DNA of 63,530 bases, counting the filler, from Asterionella formosa (taxonomy: Eukaryota), in NCBI GenBank assembly GCA_002256025.1. It is 10 parts of 10 records of this genome, joined end to end, with 100 filler letters (N's around TTAATTAATTAA, not from the genome) between each part and the next. Parts side by side here need not be neighbours in the genome. Positions count along the whole stretch, not along the records: positions 1 to 25,211 come from NKIB01002041.1; 9 more parts are not named here. The stretch is one strand, 5' to 3'. Within the stretch, counting starts at the first letter, position 1. Each line of letters begins with the position of its first letter. The notes below the pieces were generated by a model, which had not been told where the DNA came from, ran no database searches, and saw nothing but the letters and a program-made list of their open reading frames with translations. Shown piece after piece: positions 12,101 to 23,292 of this stretch. The translations under genes were made by a program, and so were the position numbers.

Positions 12101-13100
12101 TCTGACGATAAAGTGACCACACAATGTACATTCGTTCAATTTGTCCAGTTGTAAAATCATTCAAGCAATCATCACTTGAATAATCCATAAAGTTGTGGAT
12201 AGGATCAACACCAGGCACACCAGGGCAAGAATCTCGATCTCTCGGACAATCCATTTCTGTCGCGTTGGCTTGCTGAGGTGTGTCAGAGATGTAATCTCCA
12301 GAGTTCCTATCGTCACAGGAGTTTCCTTCAAATGTGTGATACAATCCAAGCCAGTGTCCAACCTCTTGCACCAACGTCTTTCCAAGATGACAGCAATCTG
12401 AGTTTCCTCCTGGAACAGTCGAAATATCCATGAAAACACCATCGGTCACAAAATCGGTTTCGTTCACATGCAAAAGTGACGGAAATCGCGAAAACGAAAC
12501 TCCTTTATCCTTATTTCCCCAATATACCATTAAAGTGTTTGCCTCACCTTTCTTGTAGAGAGACCCAATGGATTGATCGTTATTTTCGTTCAAGTTTGCG
12601 TAGTACATTTGATTCACGACGTATTGAAAACTTAACAGCTCGAATAGAAATGGTGTGTTAGCAAAACCTTCATTCAGTACTTGCATCTGTGCGTCTATTA
12701 TATCTTGCGACATTTCCGACGGAGATTTCGATGGCTGGAAGCTGAGGAATTGTTAACATAAAGGAGTCGAAGTTGTGTCAGCTTTCGCCCAACATGCCGT
12801 GTTGACGCAAAGGTTTCCATGACATTGCCTTTCATTGGCAATTAAAAACCTCAATTTTCGGTAGGCCTTCAGTCAATGTACTCACATGACAAAATGGGTC
12901 GGAATGATAATTTTTTCCACGGCGTTGAAGTCGCTTGATCGCTTTCGCCGGAACAATAGAATATCCGTGTTGAGGCGAGTTGCATCTGCCTCGTTGAGAC
13001 TCAGTGTGGTGCAACGGTTTGTTGTGTGACTATGGCCATCAACAGCGCTACTCGTTGTCACAATCATGAGATAAGCCATGCACGAAAAGATGCATTTCAT
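9189..13100 (-). CDS. Secreted/membrane-anchored M43 (pappalysin/ulilysin-like) metalloprotease domain + Pro/Ser/Thr stalk + Cys-rich repeats + Hedgehog-type Hint domain + C-terminal TM; 2 exons (13100-12886, 12741-9189)
   Basis: Signal-peptide-like MKCIFSCMAYLMIVTTSSA; GTGAG...CTCAG intron 12885-12742 splices in frame; QEVGHWLGLYHTFEG, ISDTP and Met-turn NFMDYS; Hint motifs SCFS...LTVGDMV, LEISKDH, GAYAPFTTSGTIVV..VKASSY; hydrophobic C-terminus. Confidence 0.85.
10021..10545 (-). repeat. Coding tandem repeat, ~93 nt (31 aa) x5-6, mucin-like
   Basis: GGAGCTG recurs at ~10102, 10195, 10288, 10381, 10474; unit approximately DTAPSSIPTxNSDITQTTISSAPYPIPVAGT. Confidence 0.85.
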
Positions 13101-13404
13101 TGTGAGTAACGACAAGGAAAATCGAGCGCAAGATGCAATGTGAAGGAGTGGAGGAAACAAAAGGGAAACAAATCAAGGAAATAATGAGATGATACATAAA
13201 ATGGTTCAGTATACCATTACCTAGTTACCTGGTACCGGTAAAATAGACTACATATACCGATGAGAGATAATATAGTTTTGTATTTACCGCCTGTATTATG
13301 TACATCCAACACATCCATGCCTGTACAGTACGTACCAGTAGTTCCTCGTCCTTTCTTAAAAAAGCAGCTACCGGTATGTACTAAAAAAATAGACTACCAG
13401 TAAG

Positions 13405-14396
13405 TATTGCTGAATGCAATACACGCCCGAGGTGGTCTCTTGCCTGCGAGTACACATGTGTTCGAGGCTGGGTGGCGCGAGTAGGTTGACCGTACGAGTG
13501 GCCTCCCCGGCGCTGCGAGAAGGTCACCCTACGAGTGCCATCCCAGTCGGGTACACATGTACCGGTATACGAGAAGGCAAGTAGCCGCCGAGAAGGGTAT
13601 TGTTGAGGCAATTCCCGCTCTAGCTATCGTCACGTCATTCGGTTACCTCCTGCGCACAAATTTAGCATAAATGTCAGTTTCAGCCTACTATTGCCCATCA
13701 TATAAATTATATTTTGTATAATTCCTATCTTCACCTCGAAAATTGCAAAAGATCCGATATTGCCCATCATTAAAATATTTTTTCAATATTTCATATGTTC
13801 GCATTTTGGCAAGACAACAGACGCCAATTGCCCCTCGGTTTTCCAGCCCAGGTATTGCCGAAATCGGCAAGGGGTCTAATTAAGGAAACCATTTTATATA
13901 CTATACAGATTTGACTAATTTATATATAGAATTTACCTCGTTTTCGTTCAGCTTTTTTCTTCTTCTTTTTGTCTTCGATTGTATGGTGATGGAAAGTCAA
14001 TGTTGCCTGTGTAAGTACTACAATGATTCACAATGCATACGTCTCCATTGCAACTCTTATTTTTATTTCATTTCTAACCCAAAACAATTTTTTCTATTTC
14101 TCATTTGATGCTACTTATTACATTGCATTTCATACTTTGGTTGCTCCTCACATCATGTTCAATTTTCAGTGATGTTGCATGTTACAATCATTCTCGTGTG
14201 TTTTACGCTTGTTGTACCATCTCTATGCATATTACCATTATTCTTGTTGTCATGCTAAAATCGGCAATTTTATTCCCGAAAAATTCGATGTACCCCATAT
14301 TGCCCTTAAATAAAAATTACTTAAGAAATTACTTAGAGCCTAAAAATTACTTAGAAGTACCCGAATGGCAAGACAATAGCTGGAGTGGGAATTACT
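13405..14396 (+). mobile_element. Non-autonomous relative of the Crypton-like element at 25612-28337
   Basis: 13405-13500 matches revcomp of 28230-28337; 14170-14396 matches revcomp of 25734-26010; 13550-13945 is nearly identical to 49992-50386; inverted T-boxes at 13607 and 14396. Confidence 0.7.
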
Positions 14397-14489
14397 ATCT
14401 GGTACTGGTAAGTACATAACTTGTTAGTGGAGTCTGTGTAACACAACGAGCACCGGTGTGCTGTTAGCTATATGCAGCTAAACATGTAA

Positions 14490-15405
14490 AGTCTGAAGGT
14501 AACACACGACCAAGGCTGGGGACTGCCTGCAAGTATTCTTCTTGTTTTCTCGGCTTGGGAGGCCCTCGCAGGTTGACCTCCTTGCAGCGCCAGGCCGAGT
14601 AGGGTATTACCTGGGCAAATCACAAACTAGCTATTGGCGCGCTTTTCGCCACTACATTGCCCTTTCAGTTAACATTGAAAACCTATTTTAGATAGTTTGT
14701 ATGTTGGATACGAACTAGCCAATTGCCCATCACATAAAACATAGAGATTTCATATGTACAGTTTTTGGATTACTACTCAATTCTGCAATCGCCCATCATA
14801 TAAAACATATTTTGAATATTTCATATGCTCTGTTGTTCGACTGCCAAACTACCTTCAATATTTTCAATAGCCTCTAGATTTTATCGCCGAAATCGACTGC
14901 CATCTATTTAGGGGAATTTGAATACTGATATCTATAGTCCCTCAATTGACTGCCGTTTACTTAAGGAAAATCGACTGCCGAAATTGGACAAGAGTAGGAG
15001 GAGCTACTTGAAGGCACAAAATGATGGTTTTCTTTAAAGTGTCGATGGCAATTCCACTTTTTACATCCCTGCTATCTTCCAGCATGCTCCGATGTATACA
15101 AAATCTGGTCATTGATGTCTCAAGTACTGATTCTTCATCAAATGGATCTGGCTGGTTGTTGGATAATTCGATTTCTTATGGGATTCATATCGTTGCATCG
15201 TGCTTGCTTCGTCACAGTGGCGCCAAAATTTCGGTTCCCCTTTCTGTTGATTTCCGATAGCCTTTCCGGTCAACTCCTTTGCTAGATTTTATATGTAGTG
15301 ATAAATAAATTAATGATTGTTCAAAGCGACATCAATCAGTTGTTGAGTATCAAAACTCAAAACGTTATGGTAGGTCAAAGTTAGGCTTCCATCTCGTCAC
15401 TGAAC
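14490..15405 (+). mobile_element. Copy of modular repeat family (A-box + T-box + B arm)
   Basis: CTGAAGGTAACACACG A-box, GGCAAATCACAAACTAGCTATTG T-box at 14614, then revcomp match to 48955-49759. Confidence 0.75.
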
Positions 15406-16758
15406 CGGTTCTACTATCTTGCCATATAATTTTTCCCAAATTGTTTCAATAGAAGCATTGTCATGTGATTAATAATCTGGAGAAAAGTCTCCCTTGTCAC
15501 CACATCTTGCATCATCAGCCACACATCTCTAAGCTAGGGGTACTTCTCCATGAATGAGCAAGGACAGCATTTGTCATGAAATTGAGATGCTAAATATGAT
15601 GATTGCATTTGTAAATTATCCTCGCATTGTATGCATGAAAGCAGATAAATTAATATTGAATGAGAGCAACAGCTGCACATACTATATGAAGCTTAGAAAA
15701 AATGGGGACTTTTCAACTACCGGCAAAATGGCCACTCGGCCTCCAGTAAAACCCATCATCTGGTAAGAATCATCATCTGCATTCCAACCTTTATTCTAAT
15801 GGTTAGAGTAGTGCTAAATATACTGTGTAAAATTATAATTTGGAAATGGAATTATGTTCGATCTTGCACCAGATAAATCTGGCTGACTGTCAGAACACTT
15901 TCAAGTAAGCTGGGACATAGTTGTTAAATTCATCTTTAGTCTGGCTGACTGTATTGCTAGCTTTCTACTAGGCAGGCCCAGGTACTGAAACTTCTTTTCT
16001 ATTATTGTTAAGCACATCTGATCTATCTTGTAATCATTCATGTGACTCACTTATCTCCTTCCAAATATGTACATGGATATTCATTGCGGAGTTAAACATT
16101 CATATCTCCAATGGCATCTCAACTCCTCTTACTTAGTAGAACAATCCTTAATATTTAATGCTATCTGTATTTCACATGTAATTTTTGTCTAGGGAAATAT
16201 TGATTACTTAGAACATGCTCGATTTGAATATTTACCTTAGCTTATTGAAATTGTTCTTGGCAATTGATGCTGCTCAAATTCATTTGTCATTTCAATGCAG
16301 GATGTTGGCTGGAATGTTATCCAAGATTGCTTTGTTCAATGGATCTGATATGCAGCATGCAATACTAAATCTTGACACATACACAATGATGTGAAATTGA
16401 AATGCATATTACTGAGATTATAATTATGTGTGCAATGCCCCAACATACTAAATAGTACTCTACTAATCAGAATTTCCAATTGATTAATGGTCACATGTTG
16501 TAGAAGCAAAGGCCACTCTTGCTTACATGTTGGTATTCGAACACAGTATAGTTTCTTTGTATAAAATGTAATTAATGTTGTCGGAATTGTAACTTGCTCC
16601 TCAATTTGTGCAGGTGACTGATGATAAGTGATCAAAAGGCATTGTCTGTGAACATGCTATGCAAACAATTAATATATACGGGCAGCATGACTTTATCCAA
16701 GTGTCTTCCCTGTCTGTGCCACATCAATGGCACTCAACGAGAATTCAGATGTATCAGC

Positions 16759-19700
16759 TTATCTGAGACTATCTTGTAAGCTTTCTCCCAACAAATCTTC
16801 ACTTAGGCTCACGCATTCTTGCGCAATACCAGCTGTATCTTCGTCGGAGTCCTCCAATAATTCGGACAAAACTGGTAAGCACTCAGGGAGGAGAACCATG
16901 TACTCTTCTCCCAGTGCTTGAATCAACGACAACAGGCACCGGATACCACTATTCCTAACATTGGATTGCCGCTCATTGCTGCAGGCAACCAAAACACCAT
17001 GATTTAATGGCTTCCATAATTGTTCGTTCCCAGCAGCACATGCCAGGGAAGTGATACAAGAAATTGCACCTGGCAGCGACTGTTCACTTTGCAAAAGTTT
17101 GGTCAATGGTCCGAGGAGGGAATGATAACGAGAATTGTCATCGGCTCGAATCCATTGTCCCCCATCATGAGCATCGGCTTTCAATGTATATTCTAAACAA
17201 AGTAAAAGAGGTTCAACATATCGAACAAGTGCATTTTTGTCCACATCATGGTTTGTCGTCATTTTATCATTCAGCTTTTGCTTCTTGGTGCCACCTGCCA
17301 ACTTGATAGCTTGTTTTTTGGGATCAAGAATAGATGCAGCAACGTCCAACTCTCTTACAGCATCCGCAACCACAGTACTCATACAATTGAAGAAAATGGA
17401 CCGAAGCTCTTTACTCAGTATAGCTGTCATGCTCCAGAATGCATATTGTCGCTCCGACGCCTTTTCCATATCATCGTCACGCCATTCACGAACCTTTGCA
17501 AAGAGATCGAAAAGTTGAACTTCTGAAAGTTTCATAACCAGAGCAAGAGCCACACCATTCACAGAATCAAGCAGGTGCTTCTTTTCCTCTATGGAAATAG
17601 CGTTGAAATCATATACAAGCAAAATGCCTTTAACTACATAATTCCTCACACTCGCGAGATCTCCTTGGGGCGCATGATCCATTGAACGTCGGATGATCGC
17701 TAAAATCGTAATGAACTCCTCAACGTGTTGACATGTTGATAGGGCCTTGCATGCCGATGGAACTAATTGACGACAAGGAATGTTCGTGGCCAGTGCCCCA
17801 TCCAATTGCCCCACCATAGTATCGAGGATATTGACGACTGTCTCCCCGTTCGCGCTTCTCTTTATCGAACGAGAGGATAGGATTGCCGGGGTGAACAATC
17901 GATTCAAGTACGGAATCAAAAACTGCGGGACGGATTCTGCCATACCAACGAAAGCTCGAATAGACGAAAGTTGTATCAGCTTGGCGTGATCCAGAAGATT
18001 CATGCTTGACGAGGAATCTGATGCACTTTGATTGGCTTTGGAAAGGAAAAGCAAGAATGAAGAAATCAATTTCGGTAAAAAAGGTAAACATCGAGCCTTC
18101 AGTGTCTTTACAAGAGTCGCAATACCCAGCGCCATGCTGCAAACTAGTTGACACACAGCATCAGTCTCTAGAAACGCTTCACTTGCTGAGAAATGATCTA
18201 GCTGCTTAGAAATCGATTTCATTGCTTGACTGAAGGTCCCAGCATTTTTTGAATCTCCATTGGGCAACACAAGACATCTCGCAATCTGTTCAATGGCCAC
18301 AACAACAGCCTGTTGGACAATGAGTCCGTCGATTGAGGCATCACTTTCAAAGGAATCGAAAAGGGAAACCAGCGACGGTATGATGTCGAGGAACAATGAT
18401 GCTTCCAGGGAATCTGGCGCAACCATAGACGCCCTTTCAGCGACAAATCGCAGTGCTTTGGATTTTAACTCAGCACTTGAGCTATCGTCAATGATACAGT
18501 TGACAGATGCAAGGAAAATATGGGCTGGAAGCATTTTTTGCAAAGTCGCCAATGAATCGTCAACGACAGTTTTCAATGAAGCAGCCAAGGACTTATCAAC
18601 TATCTTGATCGAGTTGGTTTTCACTTCAATGCTGTTCGTAAAACATTTTCGTTCAAGGTCAACGGCAGAAGTTTGCAGGAGAAGTAGATCTTGCCAGATC
18701 TCAAGAGATAAGGAAGAATCCGAGCCACTTCCTTGTTTCACAAATCGTTCCACTAATGGAAAATTGAGGGTTTCAAGCACCAATCCGCAGACTGTATTTG
18801 CGAACGATGCCGACGACGCCATGGTTGACAACGGATTGCTTCGTGTCATGATTTGAATTGACTCAAGTGCCACCTTGTGGTCTGAATCTACCTCTTCATC
18901 TAATACAATTGATAGTGCCGCACTAGCGACGGCAATAAACTCCTTTATCGCCTCCATTTGAGCCTTCACGGGGGCTTTCTGTAAAAGGGAAAGTATGAGG
19001 TGCCGGGGTGTAGCCGCTGACAATTTCGACGAGCTTAAAGTTATTTCATTTGCCAACAGACAGGACAGGAAAAGTCCAAGATGAGATTTTGTCATAAGTG
19101 GAGAGTGCAGCAAAAGGGCATCGACCATACCTGCGCACAAAACATTTTTGATTACTTCGTCCTGAACCGAATTTAATTCCCCTAGGAATGTGCCGAACAG
19201 ATCAAATATAGAAAGCCCAGCTTCCGAAGAGAATTCAATAATAACTGGCACCATTGAAACATATGTATCCCGAGTTGTACGTAATACAACATCTGATGGA
19301 GTCTCAGGCATTTTCGCAAGGCGATTCGTAATCGTGCTGCTAATCAGTGCATGGATAAGCATGGGGACAACAGTTTTCGGGTGATAGCGACACATACGTG
19401 CTAGGAGCTCAAGAGCTGTGCTTTTCGTTTTCCACGATTTTAATGCAATAGTTTCTTTCTTGTTTTCATTGTTAACATTTCTTAACAGGGCGACAAGCAG
19501 GGTAGTGTAGAACGAAACACGATCCTTCGGAACCAATGAAGGATGTTCAGTTTCTCTCATTAAAATTTGCGAAAGTGCCAACAAAACACTATGAGCGGTG
19601 AACTCAACATCATCGTCCGAATGAGCAAATAAAAAAGTTGAGAGACCACCAAGAGTGTCGAATAAAGATGCTATCAATTGCGAAGCATTGTTCTGCACAG

Positions 19701-22700
19701 ACAGCCGCAAAGCGTTTGCTCGTACATAGTCCATCGTGGAAGTAATTGCAACCAAGTTCATAGAATCCTTTATGCCATTGTCGACAAGTGAGCATACATC
19801 CGCTATATCCAACGGAAGACTCAGGAAAGCCGATGCATCCATATCGATTGATCCGCTTGCTCGGAGCGATATTAGAGCGAACGCAAGCTGTGTCCTGCTC
19901 GTCGGTGACAGCTTCTTGAAAATTCCGTTGCTCCAGGATTGTCTCCCAACCACATCATGTAGAAATGTCCGGCACATGTATCGGACAATGGGTGTCGAAT
20001 TCACTGCAGATCCTTTATCGAAGCAGTTTATTATTGTAGTAACCATGTCAGCTGGATAGGGGTGCAAGAGAGCCACGCCCTTTGTTCGACCAACAGAATA
20101 GGAACGGGTACGAGTACCTCGAAAGCTAGGACCGGTGGAAATGATAATATCCATGTCCAAAGACGAGGAATCAACAACAGTGCCCCCTTTCAACATTCGT
20201 CCCAGCACTTGTACAATGGCGTCAGTAGGGCCTTCGGGGTACAAAGTCGGCTTTGAGGCCGTCATAAACATAGCTGATATCTTTGTCCCAGCCATAGCCC
20301 AACGCTCTATCAAAGGGAAAACAGACTCTCCAGCAAATTCAATCGCAGATAGGACGATGGAACACGATCTCAATGAGCCAGCAACAGCGCCAAGATTGCT
20401 CAATGTTTCGTTCGCAAGAAGATTGACACAGGAATCAAGTAGAAACGTTCGCGACTTTTCAGGGTGCTGAGACTCCTTTATGGCTTCACGAAAGTACGCT
20501 GGAAGTGCCGAAGCACCATTTAGTTGAATCGATGACATTAACTTTCCGACAGAAGTAAAGACTTTTGCATCATTATTGAGTTTTGGCTCAAGATTACAAA
20601 GAAGCGCTGCCGCGTTCTTGCGGATATCTTGATCCGTATGAGCCAAAAGAGCCAAAGTTGGCACGATTGCAAGGGCTGATTCTTTTGGATTCGCTGTCAC
20701 CAGGTCAGTGACTCGTTGGAGCACACGATTCAGAGCAACCACTGGACAATCTTCACATGATGCGATTTCCATGAGAAGTGAGACAGGCGAAATAATTTTC
20801 GCAACAGTAGAGCAAATCGAAAGGATTGCTTCACTTGCGACTCGGTTGAATGTATTCTTCGATTCAATCGACAAGAGGAAACGGAGACCAGCGAATAATT
20901 CGTGGAGAGGCAAAAGCTCGACGCTTCGCCGAATACAACTAAGGAGTCGAATGCCTTCTTGTTTTTTAATTTCTTTTGTGATTCTAAGAACAGATAAACA
21001 ACAACCAAAGCCAACCTCCGCAGCCTCTCGCTTACCCTTGGACTTGGACTGTAGCTTCTCTGCTACGACATCGGCAAACACGAGTTGGCTTCTCCTATGA
21101 AGAGATGAGGCAGTTGTCGATGTACTAGGACTCGAGTACATAACTGCGTTCTTGACTTTCTCGCCTGAAAATATCAAGTCTTTTGTAAGTTTCATCGCGT
21201 CTGCGCTCTTTGCATTCTTTTGAAAGGCAAAACACATGGCCATGGCTGCGTTTGACGCAATACCGATGTTGTCAGAGGAAAGGTGTGCTACAATACCTTG
21301 AATCAAAAACGTAAGGGTCTCATCATCGATATCTTTCTCTAGGAGTGCCTTGACGGCATGCGCTGCCAAGGAAAGTGCAATTCCCACAACCTCCCATCGA
21401 CCCTTCATGGCCCCTTCGATGGTCCCAGGTTCTTCAGCCCTATCATCCAAGGCCCAATGTTGCAAGACTGCCAATATGGTGGAAGCCAAACCAGCAGATT
21501 TTCTGTTGTCATTCTTCAATATGGATTCGACAGCTCGACCTGATGCAAGAACGATCTCCATGTTATCTTCCATTGTAACATGTCGAAGGAGTGCTACTTC
21601 GACTCCATCCCCTCCACCATTAGCAATCAATTTCGAGATGGCAGCCAGCCGCACAGTGGAATCTGCATGCTCCAACGCTACTAGCGGAGGTAACAATGCA
21701 GCTGTCGCAGTACCCTCGTCGCTTCGGTTAGTGTCGTCGGTTTGACCCAACAACAGTTGCGCCAAACGAGTCTTGGTAGCTTTGCTATGTTTCTTTCGAG
21801 TGACAGCTTGGGTAATACCAAGATCACAGGCAGACGAGTCAATTGTACGAAGTGCGTCCAGAATGGATCTTGCGCTTTCAGTTACGGTCACGTCGTTGGA
21901 CTGGATAGTTTTCTGTATCAAATGGTATGTAAACGATGCGATAAGGTTGTATTGAGGATCTTTCCACACAGGCTTGATGGTCGAATGCTGTATCAAATTC
22001 AACACTAGCTTGGTAGCATTCGAAAGATCCACCACCACAAGTGACGATAGTAGGTGTGCCACAACATACCCACGTTGTTCGTGCAACAATCCAAGGGCTG
22101 CTCCCAGGAATGGTAATTTGGCAAGACAGGAAAAGGTTTTAGGTGGCAAGGTATATCCCATGTATTCTGGCTCGGTTGCTGTTTTGTTGCTGCGATGTCC
22201 AATCCTGAGCATAGTTGTATTCGTCTTTTTACTGTCATCACGTGGCAAGGACGATAACACCACCATTACAGTGGCTATCCCATCCGCCACTTGTTCCAAG
22301 TTTTTCTCGTCAGTGTACATGGTCAGTCCCTTGACAATGGAAGATGCCAAACCATCAGCAACGTCCACTGTCAAAACTGCATGTTCAGCAATACAACTGG
22401 CAACCACGTATCCAAATCCACGCCAATCCTCATTGTTAACAGTAGTCTTTCCACCACCACTACATGCCCGGATACAATGTGGCAACACAACACGCAAACC
22501 GGCTTCATCGATTGTGCCCGTCGCTGTGGCTTGCATTGTTAGTCCTTCCACAACAATGGCAGCTCCAAATGAGATCCCCATTCCTCCTCCATTTGTCGCA
22601 GAATGCTCAGCAATATCACATGCCAGTTTTAATAATAATGGCGCTTTGGAGGCACGTTTGGCAATCACCCGTCGAGGAACTGGAGGGGCTTGTGGAGCCG

Positions 22701-23292
22701 CATAGGGTCGTAGAAAGGACCAAGTGGGGGAACTAGCCAAATCTATCAATTGCAGTAATCTCGAAAAGAATGGTTTCTCGTGATGTGCCAACATGGACGT
22801 GAGTACTGCATCCGCACAGGTCACATGAATGTCGTGTCGACGTACCAGGTATTCCATCACCACTAAACCTTCGCTTTCTTCCATGGAAGTGGTTCCTAAT
22901 AAGAATAAAAGTTTTCCAATTAACTTGTACCGCTGTTCATTGAGGACCTTAGTGGACAAACCCCGTTCCAATGAAAGTGATGAAACTCCAAAAAGTGGTT
23001 CAGTGTACTGATAAAAGGATTCGTTGTGATTTTGACTCAGTTGCTCCATGACAATCAAGGAATTTTCGCGAAGCGTAGTTAACGGAACATCTGATGCTGA
23101 CTTGGCATTGGCGTACAGTATACTTGGTTTAAACTTTGGATCGGACGTGGTCACGGAATGTCCATGTTGGACTGAATGTGTCAACCCTCGACCGACGGCA
23201 TCCTCATGCCGTTTGGATGTCCCATACGACAATCCTGGAGTCCCCTGTGAGTTTAAAGAAGCCAGCTGGGCTTGCAAACTAGACATTGCCAT
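16759..23292 (-). CDS. UTP10: U3 snoRNA-associated protein 10 / HEAT repeat-containing protein 1 (BAP28)
   Basis: Intronless ~2177-aa ORF; N-terminal MSSLQAQLA...PSILY, VMEYLVRRHDIH; C-terminal LVMKLSE and LGEEYMVLLPECLPVLSELLEDSDE motifs of UTP10/HEATR1. Confidence 0.92.
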   Translation of the reverse strand: MAMSSLQAQLASLNSQGTPGLSYGTSKRHEDAVGRGLTHSVQHGHSVTTSDPKFKPSILYANAKSASDVPLTTLRENSLIVMEQLSQNHNESFYQYTEPLFGVSSLSLERGLSTKVLNEQRYKLIGKLLFLLGTTSMEESEGLVVMEYLVRRHDIHVTCADAVLTSMLAHHEKPFFSRLLQLIDLASSPTWSFLRPYAAPQAPPVPRRVIAKRASKAPLLLKLACDIAEHSATNGGGMGISFGAAIVVEGLTMQATATGTIDEAGLRVVLPHCIRACSGGGKTTVNNEDWRGFGYVVASCIAEHAVLTVDVADGLASSIVKGLTMYTDEKNLEQVADGIATVMVVLSSLPRDDSKKTNTTMLRIGHRSNKTATEPEYMGYTLPPKTFSCLAKLPFLGAALGLLHEQRGYVVAHLLSSLVVVDLSNATKLVLNLIQHSTIKPVWKDPQYNLIASFTYHLIQKTIQSNDVTVTESARSILDALRTIDSSACDLGITQAVTRKKHSKATKTRLAQLLLGQTDDTNRSDEGTATAALLPPLVALEHADSTVRLAAISKLIANGGGDGVEVALLRHVTMEDNMEIVLASGRAVESILKNDNRKSAGLASTILAVLQHWALDDRAEEPGTIEGAMKGRWEVVGIALSLAAHAVKALLEKDIDDETLTFLIQGIVAHLSSDNIGIASNAAMAMCFAFQKNAKSADAMKLTKDLIFSGEKVKNAVMYSSPSTSTTASSLHRRSQLVFADVVAEKLQSKSKGKREAAEVGFGCCLSVLRITKEIKKQEGIRLLSCIRRSVELLPLHELFAGLRFLLSIESKNTFNRVASEAILSICSTVAKIISPVSLLMEIASCEDCPVVALNRVLQRVTDLVTANPKESALAIVPTLALLAHTDQDIRKNAAALLCNLEPKLNNDAKVFTSVGKLMSSIQLNGASALPAYFREAIKESQHPEKSRTFLLDSCVNLLANETLSNLGAVAGSLRSCSIVLSAIEFAGESVFPLIERWAMAGTKISAMFMTASKPTLYPEGPTDAIVQVLGRMLKGGTVVDSSSLDMDIIISTGPSFRGTRTRSYSVGRTKGVALLHPYPADMVTTIINCFDKGSAVNSTPIVRYMCRTFLHDVVGRQSWSNGIFKKLSPTSRTQLAFALISLRASGSIDMDASAFLSLPLDIADVCSLVDNGIKDSMNLVAITSTMDYVRANALRLSVQNNASQLIASLFDTLGGLSTFLFAHSDDDVEFTAHSVLLALSQILMRETEHPSLVPKDRVSFYTTLLVALLRNVNNENKKETIALKSWKTKSTALELLARMCRYHPKTVVPMLIHALISSTITNRLAKMPETPSDVVLRTTRDTYVSMVPVIIEFSSEAGLSIFDLFGTFLGELNSVQDEVIKNVLCAGMVDALLLHSPLMTKSHLGLFLSCLLANEITLSSSKLSAATPRHLILSLLQKAPVKAQMEAIKEFIAVASAALSIVLDEEVDSDHKVALESIQIMTRSNPLSTMASSASFANTVCGLVLETLNFPLVERFVKQGSGSDSSLSLEIWQDLLLLQTSAVDLERKCFTNSIEVKTNSIKIVDKSLAASLKTVVDDSLATLQKMLPAHIFLASVNCIIDDSSSAELKSKALRFVAERASMVAPDSLEASLFLDIIPSLVSLFDSFESDASIDGLIVQQAVVVAIEQIARCLVLPNGDSKNAGTFSQAMKSISKQLDHFSASEAFLETDAVCQLVCSMALGIATLVKTLKARCLPFLPKLISSFLLFLSKANQSASDSSSSMNLLDHAKLIQLSSIRAFVGMAESVPQFLIPYLNRLFTPAILSSRSIKRSANGETVVNILDTMVGQLDGALATNIPCRQLVPSACKALSTCQHVEEFITILAIIRRSMDHAPQGDLASVRNYVVKGILLVYDFNAISIEEKKHLLDSVNGVALALVMKLSEVQLFDLFAKVREWRDDDMEKASERQYAFWSMTAILSKELRSIFFNCMSTVVADAVRELDVAASILDPKKQAIKLAGGTKKQKLNDKMTTNHDVDKNALVRYVEPLLLCLEYTLKADAHDGGQWIRADDNSRYHSLLGPLTKLLQSEQSLPGAISCITSLACAAGNEQLWKPLNHGVLVACSNERQSNVRNSGIRCLLSLIQALGEEYMVLLPECLPVLSELLEDSDEDTAGIAQECVSLSEDLLGESLQDSLR

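Noticed and set aside
13688..13870. Near-identical 60-aa ORFs at 13688-13870 and 50124-50306
   Set aside because: Similarity comes from the non-coding repeat; no evidence of a protein.
15420..16700. Possible decayed coding sequence between the repeat and UTP10
   Set aside because: Only short ORFs and no motif I can assign.
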